Part shown: positions 20,296 through 32,058 of the stretch, piece by piece
Numbering within the stretch: position 1 is the first letter of the stretch
Layout: the number at the start of each line of letters is the position of its first letter
NCBI GenBank assembly: GCA_965644315.1
Contig: CBFFRQ010000054.1
Coordinates: forward strand, 248,001 to 312,000
Source of the DNA: Caecitellus pseudoparvulus
Taxonomy: Eukaryota > Protista > Bigyra: Bicosoecida
Direction: 5' to 3'
DNA length: 64,000 nucleotides
Translations under genes and position numbers: made by a program
Notes under the pieces: model-generated
Databases searched by the model: none
What the model saw: only the letters and a program-made list of their open reading frames with translations
Told to the model about the DNA's origin: nothing

Positions 20296-21900
20296 TCACG
20301 TGACGTAGGTGTAGAGCGGCAGGGTCCAGGCTTTGCCAAGCACCCACTGCGCATAAGCGAGGACGCGGGAGGAGCGCTCCGCTGGGTACTCGCTGGCATA
20401 CAGGTGGGCGATGAAGTCCCCTGCTTGCCACCGGAAGCCGCCCATGAAGCCCGCCTCCCAGGAGTTCAGTGCACAGGGGGGGTGCACGGCCACGCGGGTC
20501 GGGTGGTTGGCCGGGTGTGCGTGTTTGTTCAGGAGAGGCTGGTCCATCCAGGTGGGGAAGGCGGTGCGCAGGGAAAAGTCGTCATCCTCCCACGCCTGCA
20601 CCAGCAGGGCCACCGTCCACGGGTGGCGCGCCAGCAGCATGACGCCCGAGTTGAAGGCGAAGCCAGGCATGGGGTCCTCTGCCGCGTGAAGGAGCGCTGA
20701 CGGTGCAGCGGCCATCAGCTGAGCCACCGGCGTGTCCTGCCCCGTCACGACAGCATCGCGATCCAGCAGCAACAGCAAGTCGCAGGTTCGCCCGCCGCTT
20801 TCGGACACCGGCGCCTCACCGGACAGCAGCCAGTGCGCCAGGGCCAGCTTGGCCATTTTGGGGTTGTCGCGGCGCAGCTGCTGCCATGCCGTCTCCAGCG
20901 GCGTCGCCACAAGGCTGGTGTTCCAGGCTGGGTACTGGCCTTGCGTCTTGACAAGGCTGGTGGCCTGGTCCACCACCAGGCTGTACCCATGGCGGGTGGC
21001 GTAGGCCTGGGCGGTGTCACGCACGGCAGACGTGACGTCGCTCGGCCACCCAGTGCCCAGCACGAGCAGGACGCACGTGTGGCCTGTCCAGTCCGGCACC
21101 TGCCCCTGCCACGTCGCAGCTGCCGACACGGCAGGGTGCATGGCCAGGGCGGTGGGTGCGGCACCGGCATTTGGCAGCGCCGCCAGGAGATCTGGCTGAG
21201 TCTGGCTGTATGTGAAGGCCGCCATGGGGGGGCGTGCGAGGGATGCGTTGGCACGCTGCGTTGCCCAGGTGTGACTCAGGCGGCCGCTGGCGGGCGACAT
21301 AACGCTGGGCCCCGTAACACGGTCCTGGGACGCAGGCCCCAGCGCGATGGGGTCTGGCAGGGGGGCGTACCAAGCTGCAGGGAAGCCTGCCGCCACGGCG
21401 CCCACTGTGTCGACACGCCGGCTGTACCGCGTGCAAGGCGCTAGCCCAGTGACGCGGTCCAGACGCAGGACATAGGAGAGCACCTGCACGCCGTACACTG
21501 CGACGAGGCAGGCTGCCAGCAAGGCCGCGCCCCGGGTGGCCCAGCGAACGAGGGGGGGGTCGTTGTGCCGCGCCTGTGTCGGGAAGCGGCGCAGGACCAG
21601 GTGGCACGCCAGCACCAGGACCACGCCCAGGACGATGGCCAGGGCAGTGTAGTTGTCCCCCATGGCCTGGGTGCCCACCAGGAAGTGCCGGCCGCAGAAC
21701 GTTGCACAGGCAGCCGCCACACGTGCGTGCATGCGGAGAGCAACGCCAGCTGCGAGCAGCAGCCCCAGCCACATGAGAAGCCGGCTGGCAGGGGAGGCAG
21801 GCTGGCAGCAGCGCCACGGGCGTGATATGCTGCGCTTGGCGCACACCTGCTCGCAGGGGCTGCTGAGTGCATCAGTGGCAGCCCTGCGTTGCGCTGCCAT
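20296..21900 (-). CDS. Glycosyltransferase, GT34 (galactosyl transferase GMA12/MNN10)-like; start uncertain
   Basis: YATRHGY, KLAL, LLLLDRDAVV (DxD), FNSGVMLL, WMDQPLLN, LNSW, WQAGDFIAHLY; N-terminal TM segments. Confidence 0.8.
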   Translation of the reverse strand: MAAQRRAATDALSSPCEQVCAKRSISRPWRCCQPASPASRLLMWLGLLLAAGVALRMHARVAAACATFCGRHFLVGTQAMGDNYTALAIVLGVVLVLACHLVLRRFPTQARHNDPPLVRWATRGAALLAACLVAVYGVQVLSYVLRLDRVTGLAPCTRYSRRVDTVGAVAAGFPAAWYAPLPDPIALGPASQDRVTGPSVMSPASGRLSHTWATQRANASLARPPMAAFTYSQTQPDLLAALPNAGAAPTALAMHPAVSAAATWQGQVPDWTGHTCVLLVLGTGWPSDVTSAVRDTAQAYATRHGYSLVVDQATSLVKTQGQYPAWNTSLVATPLETAWQQLRRDNPKMAKLALAHWLLSGEAPVSESGGRTCDLLLLLDRDAVVTGQDTPVAQLMAAAPSALLHAAEDPMPGFAFNSGVMLLARHPWTVALLVQAWEDDDFSLRTAFPTWMDQPLLNKHAHPANHPTRVAVHPPCALNSWEAGFMGGFRWQAGDFIAHLYASEYPAERSSRVLAYAQWVLGKAWTLPLYTYVT

Positions 21901-22057
21901 GGTGTGCCTGCGGAAATTGGGTCGAAGCCACCCAGCGCGCATGGGCTTTGTTTCTCAGTAGGTTTGCAGCGGAAGCCCTTGCTGCACAGGGACATGAGCC
22001 AAGACCGGCGAGGTCTGTCTCGTGGCACATGCAGCTGTCTCAGGCTTGCATTGTGCT

Positions 22058-23594
22058 TCAGAAAGGCACTTCCACACCGTCCCCTGCCAAGCTGTCGTGG
22101 TCTGGGAACGCCGGCTGGCCCAGAGCGCCGCCGTAGTCCATGAGGAGCTCCTCCCGGGCGGCATGGTCAGGGACCAGGAGGTGCTTGGGAGAGGGCACCG
22201 TGGGGCCCGCGCCGTCACCCGTTGACTGGTGTGAGCTGGCGAACGCGGGGCCTGATTGAGGCGTCGCCGTGCTACTGCCACTGTCAGGCGGGGAGGGCGG
22301 GGAAGACGCCGGGGACGGGTGCTGGTGTCCTGGCCGCGCCTCCACACGGCTAGAGCTGGCGCTGAAGTCTGCAGGGGGCATGGAGGCAGCTGCAAGGGGG
22401 GGTGGCGCGTGGGCCGTGAAGGGCGCCACTGCCGCGGGGCCGTGTGTGGGCACTTGGGAGGTGTGTGCGATGTCCTCGCCACCCGACAAATCCATCAGCA
22501 TGCGTGAGAGGGCAATGTCCAACACAGGCAAGGGGGGCACGCGGGAACTGCGGGGCGGCAGCAGGTCAGGCCGGTGCGCTGCCACCAGCCCAGAAACGGT
22601 GTGCTGCAGCGTTGACGTGAGCAGGTCAGGGCTCTCTGGCGCCTTGCCGGGGCTGGCGAACGCACGTGCTGCCAGGGCTGCCGACATGACCTGTTTCAGC
22701 GCCAGCAGAGCTGACTGGGCCATGTCTCGGCGCTCGCCTTCGTGGCCGGCCCTGCGTTGCCGAGCTCCCTCTGGCGCCTGCGCCGCTGACTCAACGGGCA
22801 CTTCGCGCACAGTGGGGCCCCCCTCCCCGTCTGTGCCGCCTGCGACGTGCTTGTGTCCGTGCTCCTCCCCAGCCCCACGCCGCTTTGCAGCCCGGCGGCG
22901 AGAGATGAGGGGCAGGTTCTCCGGCGAATCTGTACAGCGGGCGCCTCCTGCAAGTGCGGGCAGGCAACCTGCAGAGCTGGGCAGCTGACACACCTTTGCG
23001 AAACAGGTCGTGTTTGAAAATGGCACGCTTGTTGTCAGCTTTCGACCAGGAGTAGCCATTCAACTGCGCAGAGCATGGGCAGGTCCGCGTGCAGCGTGAG
23101 TGTGAAGTGGTGCGGCTTTGGCACAAGCGAAACGCCACTGCAGCAGAAGCGAGCACACAGGGCGAAACTGGGCGCTGAAGGATCGCAAGTCGCACCTGTC
23201 GCACAAATGAGCAGAACCTGCGCACACCGAGGATGGGGCTGGTTTGCCTCGCTCGTGCTGGGCCCAGCGGACTCGCTTCCACCACTGGCGCACTGGTCTG
23301 CCACTCACGACTGGGAATTGCAGAGGCGGGGCAGCACTTGCGTCGAGAAGTCGTCGATCTTGTGCACAACAAAGGCATCTTCGCCCTCCCAGTCAATGAT
23401 GTGCTTCACCTCTGGGTCGTGCAGCACCTCTGTGCCGCGTGCGGGGCTCGGACAGTGCGGGGCAGTTGGCGCAGCTCATCGGCCCAGCAGCCCCCACGCG
23501 TTGGCGCGCGTGTGCTGCTGGGCCGACGGGGCCACGACGCACCCCACATGTTCTGCACGAAGGGGGCTGTCTTGGGCTTTGCTTTGGGGGGCAT
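22058..23594 (-). CDS. HSF-type DNA-binding domain transcription factor, multi-exon
   Basis: Exon pieces MPPKAKPKTAPFVQNMW / VLHDPEVKHIIDWEGEDAFVVHKIDDFSTQVLPRLC / FCSFVRQ / LNGYSWSK...FKHDLFRK / DSPENLPLISRR match the HSF DBD (SFVRQLNxYGF). The C-terminus is the 22058 ORF. Confidence 0.78.
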
Positions 23595-24064
23595 GGCGGT
23601 CGCGTGTGGCGGCTTGTGGCGGGGTAAGCGTTGCCGGAGCGCGGGCTGAGGCACAAAGGGTTTGAGGTGGTGCAAAGTGTCCCTTGGACTACTACTGACC
23701 TATGCGAGTGGGGTGAAAGAGTTTTGTTTTGGGCGTGTGGTTTGTATCTGGTGCCTTTCATCCGCGGTGGTACATTGGTTGCTGGTGTCGATTGTGGCCC
23801 CCCCCAACAGCGACCTGCTGCACGGCGAGGCATTCGTAGCAAAACAGAGTCACTGAGGGTGAATTCAAATTGCACATCAAGTTGCTCAGATTGCACACTC
23901 AGCCCACTCGAGCTGGACTGAAGGAGTGGGAGTCAACGTGGCGTTTCAACCCGCAAGGCCGTCGCGAAACGCGCGCCGGCGCAGACTGCACAGCTCCGCG
24001 CCTGAAGAGAAGAGGAAGCCTTCTTCCAAGTGCTTGTCCCTGAAACCCAAAGCCAAGACTGACC

Positions 24065-26755
24065 ATGGCCACGACGGCTCTCATGTCGGCTGTGCAAGGC
24101 GGGACGAAGGTGCTGTCCAACAGGACTGGGCTTGCTCGGGAGCGTGAGAAGGACCGCCTGTTGCAGGCCATTCCCACCGCCGACCGGCGCAAGTACCAGC
24201 GCTGGTTCTCCACAATGGACCGGTACAACCTCGGGTACCTTGAAATCGAGGAGGTGGAGCATGCTCTGAGCTCGGCAGGCTTGCGGCGGGCAAGCCAGGA
24301 AGTTGACTTGGTGGCGTCCGAGCTTGACACGGACGGCAACGGCATCGTGCAAGTGGAGGACTTTGCCATCATCATGGGCTGCTTGCATGCCATGGCGAAA
24401 GGGCGAGGCATCAGCGCGGAAGCCCTGGATGCCGCCGGCAGCGCAGACGCAGGGGAGAAGGAGCAAGCGGCCACGCCTGCATCAGCCTTCCGACGCCTGG
24501 TGTGGCAGACCCTGGAGGACCCGACCACGTCCCTCTTCGCACAGCTGCTGTCCTGGTGCCTGGTGGGCATGATCTTGCTTTCCACAGTGACGCTGGTGGC
24601 GGAAACGGAGCCCAGTCTCGGCTTGGGAGCCCACGCCGCCATTGAAAGTGTGGAGCTGGTCGTGGTGCTGGCCTTCACCGTCGAGTTCGCGCTGCGCGCG
24701 CTGAGTGCGCCGGACTACACAGCCTTCGCCCTGCACAGCATGAACTGGGTGGACTTCTTGGCCATCTTGCCCTGGTACTTGGAGCAGGCCATGGGCGCGG
24801 AGGCGACGAAGGACGCGCAAGGCCTCCGCGTCTTGCGCGTCCTGCGTGTGCTGCGGGTGTTCAAGCTCACCCGGTACTTCTCATCGCTGTCCCTGCTCAC
24901 GCGGGCCTTTGCCAAGTCCCTCACGGCCATGGCCATGGCGCTCTTCCTCACCGCCATCGGCATCCTGCTGCTCTCCTCCATCATGTACTACATCGAGCGC
25001 GGCACGTGGGATGGCGCGCGCAGCATGTACGTCAGCCCGGGCGGCGCGCCCTCTGCCTTCCAAAGCATTCTGCAGGCGTGCTGGTGGTGCATCATCACCA
25101 TCACGGCGGTGGGGTACGGTGACATTGTCCCGTCCACTGCCTTGGGACGCGTGGTGGGGGGCCTCATCTCCCTCTTTGGCGTCGTGCTGCTGGCCTTCCC
25201 GATTTCCATCTTCTCCGCCAACTTCGCCGACATCTACGCCTCCTCCCGCAGGCAGCGGGCACTGGCTGCAGAGTTGGGCAGCAACGACGACTTTGGCAGT
25301 GTGGCCTTTCGTGGCGCTGCGTGGCAGGACGCCCTGCCGCGCTTCCCCATGCTGGGCCGCCTGAGCCTGCCGGCTCCAGCACTCCAGCGCCTCAGCAGCG
25401 TGCACAGCCCCAACGGACGGGGCGGCACACCCCTGTCTCGGCAGCAAACTCTATCGGGAGCCAGCGTCGCAGGGCAGGCGGGCAGCCCAGCGGTGTGGGA
25501 GGCCCACCAGCGCAGCGAGCGTGTGACTGCGTCACCCCCGCGCAGGTCGCGCTTCCACGCAGTGCCCTCCCAGCTGCTGCGGGAAGGCACGGGTGCTGAC
25601 ACACGCTCCACGTCCTCAGGACTGCCCCTGGGCAACCGCTGCGCAGAGGTGCGGGCTGATGACGCTCCGCCGCCGCAGTGCTCCCGCACCCTGCGGCGGG
25701 GGGACAGCTGGCACGAGAGCCGCAACCCCGCGAACCACTTCGCCAACTCCACCAGCACCTCACACGCCGTGAACCTCCTCACTGCCAGCCACCCAGGGCT
25801 GCTGGGCCAAGTCCCCGTGCCGCTGCACAACACGGCCCGCGGCACAGGGCGCTCCCGCCTCGGCACGCTGAAGTTTTCCCTGTCCGACTCAGACCTCGCC
25901 TCTGCCACCCGCCCGCTCTCCGACGTCCTTTCGCACGTCGGCGGCATTGGCGTCGCGTCTGCCTCCCACAAAGACACCAAAGCAGGAGCAGCTTGCACCG
26001 AGGCGCAGGACATGGTGCTCACTGCCGCCTCCTTCGGCGGCATGGACCTGTCCAAGGCGCCCCAACTCGCCGCCGCCCTCGCCGCCCTCCTGCGAGATGC
26101 GCGGAAACGCCTGCAAGCCCGCATTCGCCGCAGTGAACTCCGCTGCCGCGACGCCCTCAGCATTGAGCTGGCTCGACGGTGGCGGGCTTGGTTTGGCGTG
26201 CACGCTGGGCCAGTGGTGGCGGCGGCGCGCCCCTTCTGCATTGACCGGGTGCGCATGGCGTTTGAAGTGCGCAATTGCCGCCTGAACCCCGCCACAGTCG
26301 CCGCCATCTCAGTGCTGCCCCTGTCCACCCTACCCCTGCAGCCTGTCACCCCTGGAGACCGAGTGCTGCTCTCTCCACCTGCGAGGACTGCCCACAGTGA
26401 CGGCGGTGGCATGGCCGGGCCCACACCCACCCCGCCCACAGAGCGGGACGACGACCCCACGCCCCACGGCGCCAAGACGGGGGCAGCACCCGCCACGCCC
26501 GCGGCGCAAACTACCCCACAAGAGAGCAGGCGCCGGGGCAGCAGCAGAAGCGACGGCACCACCAGCAGCGGCGGCGGCGGGTCGGCGGACGAAGGCACAA
26601 GCAGCGAGCGCGAGTACGTGTACAGCAAGCGCGTGACGACGGTGACGCGCCGCACGGCCGAGGGCGAGGTGACGGAGACCAACACCCACATCACGCGCAA
26701 ACACGTGCGCCGCATTCTGCGCGGCGCCTCCGCCTCCGAACTGCCAGAGACGTAG
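24065..26755 (+). CDS. Voltage-gated K+ channel-like 6TM subunit with N-terminal EF-hand pair
   Basis: EF loops DRYNLGYLEIEE and DTDGNGIVQVED; NWVDFLAILPWY; S4 LRVLRVLRVLRVFKLTRY; filter TAVGYGD; LAFPISI. Confidence 0.88.
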   Translation: MATTALMSAVQGGTKVLSNRTGLAREREKDRLLQAIPTADRRKYQRWFSTMDRYNLGYLEIEEVEHALSSAGLRRASQEVDLVASELDTDGNGIVQVEDFAIIMGCLHAMAKGRGISAEALDAAGSADAGEKEQAATPASAFRRLVWQTLEDPTTSLFAQLLSWCLVGMILLSTVTLVAETEPSLGLGAHAAIESVELVVVLAFTVEFALRALSAPDYTAFALHSMNWVDFLAILPWYLEQAMGAEATKDAQGLRVLRVLRVLRVFKLTRYFSSLSLLTRAFAKSLTAMAMALFLTAIGILLLSSIMYYIERGTWDGARSMYVSPGGAPSAFQSILQACWWCIITITAVGYGDIVPSTALGRVVGGLISLFGVVLLAFPISIFSANFADIYASSRRQRALAAELGSNDDFGSVAFRGAAWQDALPRFPMLGRLSLPAPALQRLSSVHSPNGRGGTPLSRQQTLSGASVAGQAGSPAVWEAHQRSERVTASPPRRSRFHAVPSQLLREGTGADTRSTSSGLPLGNRCAEVRADDAPPPQCSRTLRRGDSWHESRNPANHFANSTSTSHAVNLLTASHPGLLGQVPVPLHNTARGTGRSRLGTLKFSLSDSDLASATRPLSDVLSHVGGIGVASASHKDTKAGAACTEAQDMVLTAASFGGMDLSKAPQLAAALAALLRDARKRLQARIRRSELRCRDALSIELARRWRAWFGVHAGPVVAAARPFCIDRVRMAFEVRNCRLNPATVAAISVLPLSTLPLQPVTPGDRVLLSPPARTAHSDGGGMAGPTPTPPTERDDDPTPHGAKTGAAPATPAAQTTPQESRRRGSSRSDGTTSSGGGGSADEGTSSEREYVYSKRVTTVTRRTAEGEVTETNTHITRKHVRRILRGASASELPET

Positions 26756-26769
26756 GCTGGTGGGGGGCT

Positions 26770-29700
26770 CTACGTGCCCGGCCCCGCTGACTGCCGCGCC
26801 GCAGTGCGCACCGCCAGCACGGCGGCCAGGGCCACGTCCACGTCGCCGCCTGCGGCGCTGAGGAGGTCAGAGGCCGCCTGCACCACGTCACGCGGCGGCG
26901 ACGCGGTGGGTTCGGCGGAGGAGCCAGGCACTGTGCCGCCCGGCCCGCCGCCGCCGCCCACCCCCCACACGCTGCCCACCACCTGTGCCATCCACGACGC
27001 AGTTGCCGCGGGGGCGTGGAAGAACCGCCCTGCTCCGTTTGGTGCCCGGCCCGGCGAGGGCGGGGGCGCCTCCAACGCCATGCCAGGCGTCTGGACGACC
27101 TCTGCGCCGCCGCTGCCACTGCCGCTCCCAGGGAGACCAGGCACGCCTCCCCCCACCGCGGCCGTGTCCAGTGTCACGCCACCCTTGTCATCCAGCCCCA
27201 GCGCCGAGCCGAAGGGCGAGAAGCGGTCGCCCCCCCACTCTGCCAGGGCCTGTCGCAGGGAGATGCGGGGGGTGAAGGGTGCCAGGCGCCTCTGCAGTGG
27301 CCCCACGTGGTCCACCCCGAACACGCCTTCGCGGAACACCAGATGACCCTGGCCCCCCACGCTGCTGCGCAGGGACCCCCCCTGCGCCCCGCCGCCACCT
27401 GGCAGGCCCCGGAAGGAGGCGCTGCCTGGTGCGAAGGACAGGCGCCCAGGACGGGGTGTGCGCAGGGGGGGGGCGCCGCCTCCGCTTGCCCCCTCCCCTG
27501 CAGGGTGGCCCGCGGACACCCCCTGGTGCAGGGGCATGAGCCCGGGGACATCGCCCCACGCGGGGGCGCCGCCTTCCCCACCGCCACTCCCAAGTGCCTC
27601 GCCGCCACCCCCCCACTCCTGCGCCACCGGTGGCAGGGCTCGGATGTACCCGTCACAGGCTGGCGCCAGGCGAGGCCTGGGGGGGGTGTCCAGACCCGTC
27701 ACGAACACCCCCCCCGGCGGCGGCTGGATGTGTGGGCAGGGCAGCAGCCCCGCCCGCAGCACCGCCTCCAGGCGTGCCTGCCCTAGCAGTCGCAGGCCCC
27801 GTGTCCACAGCGCCGCGCACAGCAGCTCGCGGCCAGGCAGGAAGGTGCTAGCGTCCTGGCCGCTGGCGTCGTCCTTCCCCGGCTCCGGCAGCATGCCCAG
27901 GGAGTGCATGGCAGCGGTGACGCCAGAGGGCATGCTGGCCAGCAGGCGCTGCCCGGCAGAGGTGGGTCTGCTGGGCGGGCGAGGGGTGGGGGAGGTCCCT
28001 CGGGAGGCGGTGCGAGGGGGGGTGGGGGAACCCCCCCGCCCCACCTGCACCACCTGCACCGCATCAGCGCCCTCCTCCTCTCCCTCCCAGCTACTCGCGC
28101 TGTCCTGGCCCGCTGCCCCCTGCAGCAGTACGGCAGCTGCCCTGGTTGCCTCTGCCTGTCGAGCGCGGTAGGCGTCTGCCCAGGGACAGGGGGGGGCCAG
28201 GAGGGCGTGGGCCAGCGGACCCCCCCCCTGCACGGCCTCCTCCCACGCGCTGAGCACGTCATTGCGCACGATGGAGGTGGTGGAGACGAGGGTGACGTCC
28301 CGCCCCTTCTCGCTCGCAGCCTCCTCCCCGTCGGCATCCTCCTCTGCCCAGGGCGGGACCAGGGTGGACTCCGCAGCGGCAGCGCTGGGCAGCGCAGGCC
28401 CGGCCCACACCTCCGAGGCCCGGACACCCTTCAGCTGCTTCACAGACCGCTGCGCCAGCAGGACGGTGGACACTGTGGAGCGGAGAGACATGCTGGAGCG
28501 GGGAGTGGGCCCATCCCCCTCGCCCGCCCCCAGGCCCGTCCTGCAGCGCAGAAACAGGGGCAGTGTGCGCACGAGGGTGTACCGCCCATCCAGCACGTCC
28601 AGGCGCTCAAGCACGCCGTCCTGCACCTCCTCAGGCAGGCGGGAGCTGCGCAGGAGCTGGATGAAGGAGTGGCGCAGCATGGTGCGGCGTTTCAGGAACA
28701 TGAGCCGCTCCAGCTTGCGGTACTGCTGCTCCTTCAAGTTCTCACGGTACTCCAGGAAACCCGTGGAAATCACTGCGGGGGGCAGTGTGAAGAAGATGAT
28801 GCCGAGGAGGGCTGCAAGGGAGCCGAACACGCGCCCGAGGGGGGTGATGGGGGTGATGTCGCCATACCCCACCGTCGTGAGTGTGACGATGGCCCACCAC
28901 AACGACACCACCATGTTCGGGAAACGCTCTGCGTTGGCGGAGCGTTCGGCCACGAACACCGCCACCGCCACCAACATGACAGAGGTGGCGGAAATGATGA
29001 CAGCCACCGTGAGTGTGTCTAGTTTCAGCCAGATCACCTTGCCTAGGATGGTGACTGCCGGCGAGTACCGCGTGAACTTGAACATGCGCAGAGCCCGCAG
29101 GATGCGCAGGAAATTCGCCGCCACAGAGCTGCCGAAGATGTCCACGACTCCCAACAGGAACAGCAGGAAGGGTGCCAAGCACAGTGCATCGAGGAGGGTG
29201 GCAGGCCAGAGCAGGAACGCAACACGGGCGGCGCACGCGCTGTCCACACTGGCGCTGTGCAACTGACTGCAGTTGAGCGAGCAGGCCGGCGCAGCAGTGG
29301 GGCGCACGCCACCCTTTGCACTATTGGAGAGTGATGCATGCCCTGTGCCTGCAGTGGGGGCTTCCCTGTCTCCAGTGGACCCCTCCTCTGCGCCGTGTGG
29401 GTGGAGGTATGTGCGGCGGCCGAGCCCGCCACAGTGCACGCAGCAGCAGCCGCCACAGGCGTCCACCTCATCCCACAGCCCCCGGCCCTGGCGCTGGGCC
29501 TCACGGCGGATGCGTTCCAGGGTGCTGAAGGACTTGTCCAGGGGCGCTGTCCACAGACGGCACAGGAACTCGGCCGTGTGCAGCAGCACCATGAGCACCT
29601 CCACGACCTGCACGCCCACCTGTTTTGGGTGCTCCAGCACACGTGTGGAAGGCGACTCGAATGTCACAGTTTCAGACATGACAGAAAACTGTGCAGGTGG

Positions 29701-30413
29701 GGTAGGACTGTGTGTGTGAGCGCTGTGCGGTGGTGCGCGTCGCCGTGTGCCCCACGCACCGTGGAGAAGTACAGCATGAATATGAAAAACGCGCGCACCA
29801 GCCCCTCCGCTGCGCCGAAGGCCTTGCCGTCGATGACCAGCGCCTTCAGGCGCCGCTGAGCGCGCCGACACCGCCCTGCCCACGAACTATCGGGCCTGCC
29901 CTGGAATGTGTGCCGTGTAGGCTGGTGGGCGCGGCGAGCGGCTTCGAGCAGGCGCTCGGCGCTTGCGACCAGCGCTGACTCGGTGCGCTGCACGTCGGAC
30001 ATGGTGCGCACGCTGGCAGCCGCGGTGAGGGTAGGCGGCTCGTACGGTGCGCGCAGGGCGGGGGCCGGCACAGCCTCGGCACTGCGCTTGCCCTCTCTGG
30101 CCGGCGCGTCGGCAGGGTGCACTGCGCCAGACCGGCTAGCGCCAGCGCCGAAGGGAGTGACGGGCACGACGCCTTCCTCGTCAGACTCCGAGCTGCTGCA
30201 TGAAGAGGAATCAGGGGGGAGGTCTTCCAGGTCCAGGGACTGCCAGCCCAGGCGGGGAGACAGCTCGATGCCGCTGCCCTCAGCTCCTGTCGCGGATGCT
30301 GTTGGGACAGAAACGCCCTCTGCATCTGTGGCCCCTGCTGCTGCGCCAGAGAGAGCCCGTTCGCTTTGCGCCCCCCCAGGCGATGGACCTTCACAAGTTC
30401 CCTCGGAGGACAT
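26770..30413 (-). CDS. Second voltage-gated K+ channel-like subunit (intron 29689-29759)
   Basis: S4 LRILRALRMFKFTRY; WWAIVTLTTVGYGDITP; FTLPPAVI. The N-terminal exon from ATG 30413 splices FST to FSVMSET. Confidence 0.85.
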
Positions 30414-30966
30414 GCTGACACGGCGTGTTGTAAGGATCTGCCGTTGCCAGGGGGTGTTGGAATGCACTCGACCTTGCTGCCTTGCCGTCACCTCACAGAC
30501 GCTTCAAGGTGCCTTGCATGCCCTCTACGCATGCCAGCTCCGGGAGTACTGGTGGGAGGAATCCAAACGTGGATGCGTGCTTGGTGCACCTGTTCCACTC
30601 CGCTCCTGCTCTGAGCAGGCGGTGCAATGCAATGTGGTGAAGGGCTTGGGCAGGTGGGTCGCAGCGCCGTCTGCTGTGCTGGGAGGGGGCAAGGCAGTGC
30701 TAGGCATTCGCAACTCAAGGGAAAATGCAAAAATTCAAACGATAGGTAAGCTTCAAACCTCTCCCACGTGGTTCTGAGCACGCTCGCATCCACATTTGGG
30801 AGCAGCAGGCGTGTCTGAGGTGCGGTAATTGGTCCACATCACACCCCCCGAGGCTGCCTCTGTCCTCTGCGAGCTGGAAAGCCGCACTGCTGCCCTTCGG
30901 CTACCCCCAGTCCACCTCATGCATGCATCTGCATTCCTGGCGCCGAATCACACAGCGCTCCCCACC

Positions 30967-32058
30967 ATGCAGCCTCGGGAACGCGGCGAGGTGGCAGCCG
31001 CCCAGGCCCGGGACAGAAACGCCATGGAGCGGTACCTTGCACAGGCTACGCTGCGCCTTTTGGAGGGAATAGACAGGAGGGCACATGGGGCTCGCCACGA
31101 AACGTCAGGAAGGCGCTCCACACGGGGCCGACGGCGGATCGGCACGCCCCTGGTGACACTGCGTGGGCCAGCGGTGGACTCTGCTGGGTTGGCGCGTGAG
31201 GTGGCGGCGGCGCGCAGTCAGGCCCACGCCAGCTCGCGACCCAGCCAGCCACCCCCCAGCCCACACCAAGCAGACGACGGGCCACAGTACAGCGCCAGTG
31301 TGACCCACAAGCGGGGTGCATTTGGGGACGGCGCACCAGCTCGCACCGCCGCGCCCGGCCCCCGGCTCGCCGCCACACAGCATGAGGGCGTTTCTCTGGC
31401 CGCCGCCGCGCCACCGCTGTCTCGCACGGCCGTCCCGAAGCTGTCTGCTTTCGACGCATCGCGTTTCCAGGCGGCGCTGGCCCGCCTGGCGTCGGAGCGT
31501 CCTGCTGCGTTTCACCGCGAGGACCTGAGAGGCTGGCCTGCCTCCGGGCGGGTGGCCACGCCGGTGGAAACGCAGCAGGTATTGACACCTGACTCCCCTC
31601 GCAGTCAGTTTATGGCGAGCACTCTGCCGGTGTGCGGTGGAGAGGGGGCCGTGCCAGCGCCTGCTGGGTCAGAGGGGGGTGGGGGGGGGCTGGAGGCACT
31701 GCGGGCGAGTGGGCCCATGGTGGTGGTGTCACCGACCGAGTGGGGGACAGGCGTGGGCCCACCCCCCGCGACATGCGCCCACTCCCCCCCACGCCCCAGC
31801 CGGACTCACCGCCCCCCCTCCCGCGGCATTCGTTCCAGCACTGCTGCCAGCTGGGCCAGCCTCACCGGCGTACACCCCTCCAGCGGCGGAGGCGGTGACA
31901 GCAGACCAGGCGTGCCTGCTTCACGCCGGGCGCCGCAAACCGCCACTGAGCGACTGAGCTTGCAGCAGGGGCGGGGCGCGGCGGCGCTACGAAGGTCACA
32001 CCCCGCCGTGGACAGCACCCGCCGTGATGCGTTTCTCCGGCGAGGCAGTGGGTGGTAG
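30967..32058 (+). CDS. Hypothetical low-complexity protein
   Basis: Long ORF with ATG in CCACCATG context. It sits head-to-head with the channel gene and fills the gap before the ankyrin gene. No recognisable domain. Confidence 0.45.
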   Translation: MQPRERGEVAAAQARDRNAMERYLAQATLRLLEGIDRRAHGARHETSGRRSTRGRRRIGTPLVTLRGPAVDSAGLAREVAAARSQAHASSRPSQPPPSPHQADDGPQYSASVTHKRGAFGDGAPARTAAPGPRLAATQHEGVSLAAAAPPLSRTAVPKLSAFDASRFQAALARLASERPAAFHREDLRGWPASGRVATPVETQQVLTPDSPRSQFMASTLPVCGGEGAVPAPAGSEGGGGGLEALRASGPMVVVSPTEWGTGVGPPPATCAHSPPRPSRTHRPPSRGIRSSTAASWASLTGVHPSSGGGGDSRPGVPASRRAPQTATERLSLQQGRGAAALRRSHPAVDSTRRDAFLRRGSGW

